From contig CAVQNC010000009.1 in assembly GCA_963713795.1 (NCBI GenBank), positions 13,978 to 77,977 on the forward strand: a DNA stretch of 64,000 bases, read 5' to 3'. Each line of letters starts with the position of its first letter. The stretch's first letter is position 1. A program made the translations under genes and the position numbers. This DNA comes from an uncultured Chloroflexia bacterium (GTDB lineage Bacteria; Chloroflexota; Limnocylindria; Limnocylindrales; CSP1-4). Below are positions 49,884 through 57,366 of the stretch, piece after piece. The notes beneath the pieces are model-generated. The model saw nothing but the letters and a program-made list of their open reading frames with translations, was not told the origin of the DNA and ran no database searches.

Positions 49884-51064
49884 GCGGGTCGGAACTGGTC
49901 GCGACTTACCTGGCGGAGCTGCCGGCCGAAGGGACGGAGGCAGCCGCCGAGGCCTTCGCGACCGGGCAGAGCATCGGGACATGGGTGCCGGTCCCTGGCA
50001 TCAGCGAGGAAATGCGGCGCCTCCACGGGGCCAGGGTCGTCGAGGTGACCCGCGATCGTCCGGCCGAAGAACTCGGCGGCGAGGCGAACGGCGACCTCTG
50101 GGTACTGAGGGTGGCCTTCCCAACGCCCAACTTCGGGGCTCAGTTCCCGATGATGCTGACCACCCTCGTCGGCAACGACCCGTCGACGTCTTTGACCGTC
50201 CGGCTGGTCGACATAGACCTGCCCGAAGCGTTCCGGGCCGAATTCCCCGGTCCGCAGATGGGGGTGGACGGCTGGCGCAGCCTGACCGGCGTGTGGGACC
50301 GGCCCTTGCTCCTGAACATGATCAAACCGTGCACGGGGTATTCGCCGAGCGCAGGGGCGGACCTGCTCGAGCAGCCGGCGCGGGGCGGCGCGGACCTGAT
50401 AAAGGATGACGAGCTCCTGGGCGACGCCCCGTTCAACCGCGTCGCCGAGCGCTCTCGCATATACCGCGAGCGCCTGGAACGAGTCGCCGAAGAGACAGGT
50501 CACCGGGCCCGGTACATCTGCAACGTGACCGACCGAGCGAGCCGGCTCATCGACACCGCCCGGGCGGCGGTCGACGGCGGCGCGGACGCGCTGATGGTGA
50601 ATGCCCTTGCCGTCGGGTTGGACCCGTTTCAGGCGCTCGTGGAAAGCAAGCCTGGAGTGCCCATCCTGGTCCACACCGCCACATCCGACGTCATGACGGG
50701 CGCAACCAGCTCGGGAATCGGACAGGCGCTGATCTTCGGCAAGTTCCTGCGTCTTGCCGGAGCGGATGCCGTCTTCACCACGACGCCCTTCGCCCGCCGC
50801 CCGCCCTCCGGACTCGTATATGAGAAAACTCTTCAGTGGATGAGGGAGCCGAGCGGGACTCACAAACCGACCATGCCGATGCTCGCCGGAGGCGTGACCG
50901 GCTCGATGATCGGATCCCTGGTCCGGCAGTCCGGCGTCGACGTCATGCTGGGGATCGGCGGCGGGATCCAGGGCCATCCGCGGGGCGCCGAAGCAGGAGC
51001 TCGAGCTGTTCGGGCCGCGATCGACGAAGCGATGCTCTCGATGGAAGCCGGCGCGCATGGCTGA
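49880..51064 (+). CDS. RuBisCO large-subunit-like protein (form IV RLP, MtnW/YkrW-like architecture)
   Basis: ATGQSIGTW, FPMMLTTLVGN, RPLLLNMIKPCTG, GGADLIKDDE, PILVHTA, GKFLRLAGAD, GIGGGIQGHPRG are collinear with RuBisCO/RLP blocks. The GTG start overlaps the E1-beta stop (GTGA). The stop overlaps the E2 start (ATGGCTGA). Confidence 0.88.
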   Translation: MSGSELVATYLAELPAEGTEAAAEAFATGQSIGTWVPVPGISEEMRRLHGARVVEVTRDRPAEELGGEANGDLWVLRVAFPTPNFGAQFPMMLTTLVGNDPSTSLTVRLVDIDLPEAFRAEFPGPQMGVDGWRSLTGVWDRPLLLNMIKPCTGYSPSAGADLLEQPARGGADLIKDDELLGDAPFNRVAERSRIYRERLERVAEETGHRARYICNVTDRASRLIDTARAAVDGGADALMVNALAVGLDPFQALVESKPGVPILVHTATSDVMTGATSSGIGQALIFGKFLRLAGADAVFTTTPFARRPPSGLVYEKTLQWMREPSGTHKPTMPMLAGGVTGSMIGSLVRQSGVDVMLGIGGGIQGHPRGAEAGARAVRAAIDEAMLSMEAGAHG

Positions 51065-51788
51065 ACAGCGATCCGGCCCGCCCGGTGCCGCGGCTCCTCG
51101 CCGCCTCGAGCAATCGAAGATGCGGCTCGCCGTCGGGCGGCAGATGGCGACGAGCAAGCAGACGGTGCCCCATTTCTACGTCAGCACCGAGATCGTGATG
51201 GATTCCGTGCTGGATCTGGCGCGCCGCATGTCCGTCGCACCGGCCGCACCGCGTGTCTCGGTCACCGCCTGCCTGGTCAGGGCACTCACGCAAGCCCTTG
51301 TCGCGATGCCCGCCTTGAATGCGACCTTGACGCCGGACGGGTACGTTGCCGGGGAGAGCGTCAATGTCGGCATCGCGATCGCGCTGGAGGGCGGTCTCCT
51401 GGCGCCGGCGATGCTCGACTGTCAGGACATGGACTTGATCCAGACGGCGGCAGCGCTCGACGACCTCGTCGCTCGTGCGCGCAACGGCCGTCTCCGGGCT
51501 CCGGAGATGGGCTCCTCGACGTTCACGCTTTCGAACCTCGGCATGTTCGACGTCACCACCTTCTCGGCCATCGTGATTCCGCCGCAGGTGGCGATTCTCG
51601 CGGTCGGCCGAGCCGTTCCCCGCCCGATCGTGGTCGAAGGAGCAGTCGAGATCCGATCGGTCATGACGGCCACTCTGTCGGCCGACCACAGACTCATCGA
51701 CGGGGCCGACGCAGCTCGGTTCCTGGGGGAGTTCAAGTCTCGGCTGAACGATCTGGCGCGCTCGGAAGAGATGTTTCGGACGTCCTGA
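51057..51788 (+). CDS. 2-oxoacid dehydrogenase acyltransferase (E2), catalytic domain only
   Basis: 243 aa that begin directly at the catalytic-domain entry (KMRLAVGRQMATSKQTVPHFYVSTE). The DHRLIDG active-site motif is present. There is no lipoyl or peripheral-subunit-binding domain. Confidence 0.88.
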   Translation: MAEQRSGPPGAAAPRRLEQSKMRLAVGRQMATSKQTVPHFYVSTEIVMDSVLDLARRMSVAPAAPRVSVTACLVRALTQALVAMPALNATLTPDGYVAGESVNVGIAIALEGGLLAPAMLDCQDMDLIQTAAALDDLVARARNGRLRAPEMGSSTFTLSNLGMFDVTTFSAIVIPPQVAILAVGRAVPRPIVVEGAVEIRSVMTATLSADHRLIDGADAARFLGEFKSRLNDLARSEEMFRTS

Positions 51789-52105
51789 GAGGAGGTCGAG
51801 ACGGGCCCTTCGCATTGATCGCGATCCACCTGCGCAGATACGTGCAATGTCATGCAACATCTTGACGCGGCGGCGTACCGGTACCTATCCTCTGTTCTCG
51901 GACGCCGATAGACCGCTTCGCCGATCCGGTCGAGATGGCCGGGCCGATCCTCTACGTCTGCTTCGAAGACGCCACGTTCCAGACGGGCGGCCTCAAGGTC
52001 GATGACGGCGGTGATTCGGTCAGGCTGCCGGTACGCGGCGCGCTGGACGAGCCGTTGGTCCCGGGCAGAGTCCGCTGGTCCAGGCCAGCCCCAGGAGGCC
52101 AAGTC

Positions 52106-53062
52106 ATGGCAATCGCTCAAGGCCCGAAGGTCACTCTCGCCGAGTTCGACCGCATCTTCGAATCGGTCAAGAACTGGGGCAAGTGGGGTCCCGACGACCA
52201 GCTCGGAACGCTGAACTACATCACCCGCGACAAGGTCCGGCAGGCCGCCGGTCTGGTGAAGTCGGGTCGCCGGGTCTCGATGGAGATTCCCATCAACAAG
52301 GCGGCGGGACCGGACAACCCGAACCAGGCCTTCCACTACGTCACCCAGAGCCACGACATCGACATCGGATCCAGCGGCCTCACCTTCGCTCTCGACTTCC
52401 TGGGCATGGCCTGCCACGGCGACTGCCACACTCACATCGACGCGCTCTGCCACATCGCCTACAAGGGCCAGACGTACAACGGCAAACCCGCCCTCGAGGT
52501 GATGACCAGCAAGGGAGCCACGTCCCTCGACATAACCAGCTACGGCAACGGTCTGGTGGGCCGCGGCGTCCTCCTGGACATCCCGCGGCTGCGGGGCGTC
52601 AAATGGCTCGAGCCGGGAGAGGCGGTCCGCCGAGAGGAGCTGGAGGCGTGCGAGAAGAGCATCGGCCTCGAACTCGGCGAGGGCGACATCCTCGTCTACC
52701 GGACCGGCCACCACCGGCGCCGGCTCGAACTCGGAGCGTGGAGCAACGACCCGCCGCCGGCCGGTGAAGGCAAGGCCGGCCTGCACGTCGACACCATCCC
52801 CTGGATGCACGAACGCAGGATCGCCGCCTTCCTGCCGGACGGCGACGGCGAAGCTGTACCGAGCGTCGTCGAGGGTATGACCTATCCCATCCATCCGCTC
52901 CAGATCACGGCGATGGGCATGCTCGCCTCCGACAGCCTCCAGTTCGAGGACCTGGCTCGGGCCTGCGAGGAGGAGGGCCGCTGGGAGTTCATGGTCGTGG
53001 GCCTGCCCCTGCGCCTCCCGGGCGGCACAGGCTCGCCCTGGAACCCGATCGCCATCTTCTGA
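52106..53062 (+). CDS. Cyclase-family protein (kynurenine-formamidase-like fold)
   Basis: ATG at 52106 after AGGAGG. WG.DDQLGTLNYIT, CHGDCHTHIDALCH (His-rich metal motif), GVLLDIPR, GDILVYRTG. Confidence 0.75.
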   Translation: MAIAQGPKVTLAEFDRIFESVKNWGKWGPDDQLGTLNYITRDKVRQAAGLVKSGRRVSMEIPINKAAGPDNPNQAFHYVTQSHDIDIGSSGLTFALDFLGMACHGDCHTHIDALCHIAYKGQTYNGKPALEVMTSKGATSLDITSYGNGLVGRGVLLDIPRLRGVKWLEPGEAVRREELEACEKSIGLELGEGDILVYRTGHHRRRLELGAWSNDPPPAGEGKAGLHVDTIPWMHERRIAAFLPDGDGEAVPSVVEGMTYPIHPLQITAMGMLASDSLQFEDLARACEEEGRWEFMVVGLPLRLPGGTGSPWNPIAIF

Positions 53063-53319
53063 TGGAGGCAGCGCGGGAGTCCCGCCCGAAGCGACGGAGG
53101 AGGACGCCTGACACGAACACGGCTTGATTCCGGGTCTTGCCGAGAGCCGACTGGTACCGCGCCGGAGAGTCGGTCGAGGAGCGGCCCGCGACGGTCGATG
53201 AAATCGAAGCCCTGAAGGGCGAGTGTCTACCCGCCGCCGGGCGACGGGTAGACACAGAAAGTCCAACGCTCGAGCACGTTGCCAGCGACCCGCTCGAGCC
53301 CTTCCGCGGAGGTGTAACC

Positions 53320-54438
53320 ATGCCTGAGCTGTTCGGACGCTCCTACTCTCGGTCGGATCTCCTGCGTCACGTCGGCAGGCTCGAGCAGGTGGCCGGCGTC
53401 CGGCTGGTCACCCTGGACGACAGCCTCGGCCGTGGCGTGCGGGTGATCGAGTTCCGGACCGGCTCGGGCTTCTCCTTCGACGTCGTCGTCGATCGCTGCT
53501 TCGACATCGGCCGGTGCGAGATCGGAGGCCGCCCCCTCAACTGGCAGTCGAACGCGGGGATCGTGGGGCCGTGGTACTACGAAAACGACGAATGGGGCTG
53601 GTTCCGAGCCTGGGGCGGCGGCATGGTCGTGACCTGCGGCCTCGATCACACCCTCCTGTCGGGTGAGGACGACGCCAGCGACTTTCACCAGACTCATATC
53701 TTCAAGACGGTCTCGTACGGCCTCCACGGTCGCGTGGGCGGGCTGCCGGCCCGGCTCGTCGGCTACGGCGAGCGCTGGGACGGCGACGAGTGCGTCCTCT
53801 GGGCCGAGGGCGAAGTGCTCCAGTCGGCGATCTTCGGCGAGCATCTGCTGCTGCGCCGCCGGATCGAGGCACGCGTAGGAGAGTCGCACTTCACGATCCA
53901 CGACGAGGTCGAGAACGTCGGCCACAGCCGCGTCTCGCACATGCTGCTCTACCACTGCAACGCGGGATTCCCGGTGGTGGACGATGGGTCCAGGCTCCTC
54001 GTCCCCTCGCTCAAGACGACCACGGACTACGACGTGACGCCCGAGCTGATGGCCAGCTACCGGACGCTCACCGGACCGATCAAGGACTACAGCGAGAAGT
54101 GCTTCGAGCACGAACTGGTGGCCGAGAAGGACGGCAAGGTTCCGGTCGCGGTCGTGAACGAGAAGCTCGGATTGGGCGTCTACCAGGTCTTCCGGATCGG
54201 TCAGCTGCCTCACCACACGGTCTGGCGGATGATGGGCGAAGACACCTACGCCCTGGCCATGGAGCCGGGCACCAACCGCGACGCCGGCCGCTGGGACGCC
54301 AAGGAGCGCGGCGAGCTGCTCCACATGGAACCCGGCGAGATCCGCCCGTACGACCTGGAGATCGGCGCCCTGGTGGGCGACAAGGCGATAGCAGGATTCG
54401 AGAGCCGTGTAGAGCGGCTCGCACACGCACAGGGGTAG
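53320..54438 (+). CDS. Aldose-1-epimerase-fold protein (DUF4432-like)
   Basis: ATG at 53320 after GGAGGTG. GRGVRVIEFRTGSGF.F.V..DR..DI, GLHGR, LLYHCN.GFP blocks as in the DUF4432/mutarotase-like superfamily. Confidence 0.65.
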   Translation: MPELFGRSYSRSDLLRHVGRLEQVAGVRLVTLDDSLGRGVRVIEFRTGSGFSFDVVVDRCFDIGRCEIGGRPLNWQSNAGIVGPWYYENDEWGWFRAWGGGMVVTCGLDHTLLSGEDDASDFHQTHIFKTVSYGLHGRVGGLPARLVGYGERWDGDECVLWAEGEVLQSAIFGEHLLLRRRIEARVGESHFTIHDEVENVGHSRVSHMLLYHCNAGFPVVDDGSRLLVPSLKTTTDYDVTPELMASYRTLTGPIKDYSEKCFEHELVAEKDGKVPVAVVNEKLGLGVYQVFRIGQLPHHTVWRMMGEDTYALAMEPGTNRDAGRWDAKERGELLHMEPGEIRPYDLEIGALVGDKAIAGFESRVERLAHAQG

Positions 54439-54619
54439 AGGGCCGCGCTCATTTCGGCTCGCCCGCCTCCGCGATACTCGAAAACTGAAAAGGCGCCTAG
54501 ACTTGCCCCGCCCAGTCTGCCCTTGACTACGGCGGGGCGGCGGGTCGGAGCACCAGGTGTCCCACGGGCTTCTGCATCGCGGCGGCGAACCCGCGGGGTC
54601 GTCGATCATTCGCGACCCC

Positions 54620-54877
54620 ATGCGCCCGCGGCGCGTCTTCGACGCGGCGGAGATCGAGCGCGGCTGGCACGTCGTCGACATCGACGGCGAGGCCGTGGGC
54701 AAGGTGGCGGGGCTGGAAGGCGATTTCCTGGTCGTGGCGCGCCGTTTCGGCCATTCGCGTCTGTACGTTCCCCGGCTCGGATTGAGAGAGGTCACGGAGG
54801 GCACGGTCACGCTCAACCTCACGGCCGACCAGATCGAAGGCAGCCGCTGGTCCGAGAGGCCTCGCCGGGAGAGTTGA
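54620..54877 (+). CDS. Small PRC-barrel/DUF2171-like hypothetical protein
   Basis: The DIDGEAVGKVAGLEGDFLVV.....HSRLYVP...L.EV..GTVTLN pattern resembles DUF2171. The start was taken at the internal Met. Confidence 0.4.
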   Translation: MRPRRVFDAAEIERGWHVVDIDGEAVGKVAGLEGDFLVVARRFGHSRLYVPRLGLREVTEGTVTLNLTADQIEGSRWSERPRRES

Positions 54878-54974
54878 CCGTCCCACGCACCGGCCCGCGT
54901 GAAACCGCGGGCCGCGATGAGCGACCGCGGAGTGAAAAATGCTCTGTGTCAGGAATCCATGGAAGGAGTTGGAG

Positions 54975-55418
54975 ATGGCCGCGGTTCGACGCGCCACGGT
55001 GAGCTGGAAGGGCGATCTCAATACCGGCAGCGGCCGCCTCGATGCGGCCACCAGCGGGGCCTTTTCGGCCCTACCGGTAACATGGGGCTCCAGGATCGAA
55101 GCGGCCGACGGCCGGACGAGCCCCGAAGAACTGCTGGCCGCCGCCCACGCCAGTTGCTTCTCGATGGCATTCTCAGCGGACCTGGGCAGGGCCGGCTCGC
55201 CGCCGGACAGCCTGGATGTCACCTCCGAGATCACCTTCGACAGGGTCGACGGAAAGTGGACGGTGGTTTCCGGCAAGCTGACCGTTCGCGGCCGGGTGCC
55301 CGGCCTCGATGAGGAACGTTTCCGGACGCTCGCTGAGGCCGCCAAGGACGGCTGCCCGATATCGCGGGCGCTCCAGGGCAACGTAACCCTCAGCGTCGAG
55401 GCGTCGCTGGAGCGATAG
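54975..55418 (+). CDS. osmC: OsmC-family peroxiredoxin
   Basis: ATG at 54975 after GGAAGGAG. TSPEELLAAAHASCFSMAF and AKDGCPISRAL carry the two conserved Cys contexts. Confidence 0.85.
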   Translation: MAAVRRATVSWKGDLNTGSGRLDAATSGAFSALPVTWGSRIEAADGRTSPEELLAAAHASCFSMAFSADLGRAGSPPDSLDVTSEITFDRVDGKWTVVSGKLTVRGRVPGLDEERFRTLAEAAKDGCPISRALQGNVTLSVEASLER

Positions 55419-55517
55419 CCCTCACGAACGGGCGCAACCGGCGTCGCCCCTCGGCAGATCCAACGTTCTCGGCGGGCCGGCCTACCCCCGGCCGCCTCGC
55501 CCTGCTACTCTCCTGGC

Positions 55518-56063
55518 ATGAGCAGACAGGACCCGCCCAAAGCCGTCCGCATAGACAGCTGGGGATTCGACGCGAGCTGGCCGCGGAGCCGGCCCGGCGT
55601 GCCAATCCTGGGCCTCTTCCTCATCGTCCTCGGGCTGCTCCTGGTCGTCGGACAGCTCTCGAGCCAGGCTCAGATCGGTGCGTCGGCCTTCTTCCTCGCC
55701 GTCGCCGTGGTCCTCGTCGTCATCGGCGTCCGCCGGCACAGCGGCCTGGCCCTCTACGCCGGTGTATTCATCCTGGCGCTGACCGCCTCGGACCTGCTAC
55801 ACAGCCTGGGTTACGTCCAGGGCGCCGGCTGGGGCACGTTGTTCCTCGGCCTCGGGGTGATGGCGATCGCCCTGTTACGCTCCGCGCCCGGTCGCCGCAT
55901 CGGCTGGGCCCTCGGCATCGGCGCGTTGCTGGCGCTGTGGGGCGGCAGCGAAGTGGCGGCTTCGTACGCCAACATCTCCACGGACGGGCTCATCGGGCCG
56001 CTGCTGATCGTGCTCCTCGGCGTCTACGTCCTGACTCGCGGCTGGAGCCACGGCCGCCGCTGA
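55518..56063 (+). CDS. Hypothetical integral membrane protein (about 5 TM)
   Basis: Repeated hydrophobic segments. No family recognised. Confidence 0.55.
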   Translation: MSRQDPPKAVRIDSWGFDASWPRSRPGVPILGLFLIVLGLLLVVGQLSSQAQIGASAFFLAVAVVLVVIGVRRHSGLALYAGVFILALTASDLLHSLGYVQGAGWGTLFLGLGVMAIALLRSAPGRRIGWALGIGALLALWGGSEVAASYANISTDGLIGPLLIVLLGVYVLTRGWSHGRR

Positions 56064-56100
56064 GGGACATCGGGGGACGGCCGCCGGCGAGGGGACGGCC

Positions 56101-57366
56101 TCAGGCGACCTGGCGCGATCCCGAAGGCGAAGACTCCCCGTCGTCCGCCGCGGCGACTGCCCCGCGGCCCTCGGCGGCCTCGAAGACCGCGCGGTTCCCG
56201 CCACCAGGCGCCATCGGGGATTTCTCGCCCGCCGGGGCGTCAGTGACGGCACGCGGCTCCAGGCCCGGCAGGATCGCAAGCCTGGCATGGAGCGCCTCGG
56301 TCGCGGATGGCGGGATGTGGGAGCCGCCGTTCAGAGTGCGCTCCAGGGCGGGATCGAGCGGTCGCAGACGGCCCGCTTCGTCGACGACCTGCTCGAAGAC
56401 GGCCACGATCTCCGGGTCGAACTGCGTGCCCGAATGCGCGCGAAGCTCAGCCCAGGCTCTTTCATGCGGCATGGCCGGCCGGTAGATGCGATCGCTGGTC
56501 ATGGCGTTGAAAGCATCGGCCACGGCGATGATCCGTCCACCCAGCGGTATGGCGGCGCCGACCAGGGCGTCCGGATAACCACGGCCGTCCCATCGTTCGT
56601 GGTGATGGCGGACGGTCTGGGCGATCTCGGCCATCGCCTCATGGACCTCGAGTATCGCGGCGCCGATCTCGCTGTGCCGGCGCATCTCGGCCATCTCGGA
56701 GTCGGTGAGCCGGCCGGGCTTGAGCAGTATCGCGTCGGCGATCCCGATCTTCCCGATGTCGTGCAGGTACCCGCCGATGCGGATGGTCATCTGCTGCCGC
56801 TCGTCGAGGCCGAGAACCGCGGCCATGCGCTCGGAAAGGATGCCCAGCTGGCGGCAGTGTTCGCCCGTCTCCAGGTTGCGGGCCTCGATCGCGGTCGAGA
56901 GAGTCAGCGCGATCGAGTCCAGGACCGGGCTCATGTAGCGATACTGCAAAGCCTCGTAGCGCATCTGGGTCGCGGAGAGGGCGCGCTGAACCTCGGCCAG
57001 CAACTCCGTGCCGGTGAAGGGCTTGACGAGCATCCCCGACGCGCCCTCACGCAGCGCCTGGATCGCCGTGTCGACCGTCCCGTTCCCGGAGACGACCACC
57101 ACCGGGATCTCTGGCTGCTTCTCGCGCAGGCCACGCATCAGTGTCAGGCCATCCATGAGCGGCATGTGGATGTCGGTGATGACGACATCGAAGCCGCCCC
57201 CCGCGAAGATGGCGCCGGCGGCGATCGGGTCGCCGCAGGTCACCGCCTCGAAGCCCTGGTTCTCAAGGAGGCGGTTGAGCAACTTCAGGATGATCGGCTC
57301 GTCGTCCACACACAGGACGCGCGGACGAGCGCGGCCCGATCGCGACGGCCGAAGATCCCAGGTCAC
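56101..57366 (-). CDS. Response regulator with HD-GYP phosphodiesterase output domain
   Basis: The GTG start overlaps the kinase stop (GTGA at 57363-57366). REC motifs (CVDDE, VVITDIHMP, VKPF). HD-GYP motifs (YLHDIGKIG, HHERWDGRGYP). Confidence 0.88.
   Translation of the reverse strand: MTWDLRPSRSGRARPRVLCVDDEPIILKLLNRLLENQGFEAVTCGDPIAAGAIFAGGGFDVVITDIHMPLMDGLTLMRGLREKQPEIPVVVVSGNGTVDTAIQALREGASGMLVKPFTGTELLAEVQRALSATQMRYEALQYRYMSPVLDSIALTLSTAIEARNLETGEHCRQLGILSERMAAVLGLDERQQMTIRIGGYLHDIGKIGIADAILLKPGRLTDSEMAEMRRHSEIGAAILEVHEAMAEIAQTVRHHHERWDGRGYPDALVGAAIPLGGRIIAVADAFNAMTSDRIYRPAMPHERAWAELRAHSGTQFDPEIVAVFEQVVDEAGRLRPLDPALERTLNGGSHIPPSATEALHARLAILPGLEPRAVTDAPAGEKSPMAPGGGNRAVFEAAEGRGAVAAADDGESSPSGSRQVA

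Noticed and set aside
49880-51064. Possibility that the RuBisCO homolog is a genuine CO2-fixing form I-III enzyme.
   Set aside because: There is no small-subunit or phosphoribulokinase gene nearby. The K177-equivalent is Cys. The overall architecture follows MtnW-type RLPs. Operon partners are catabolic dehydrogenase components.
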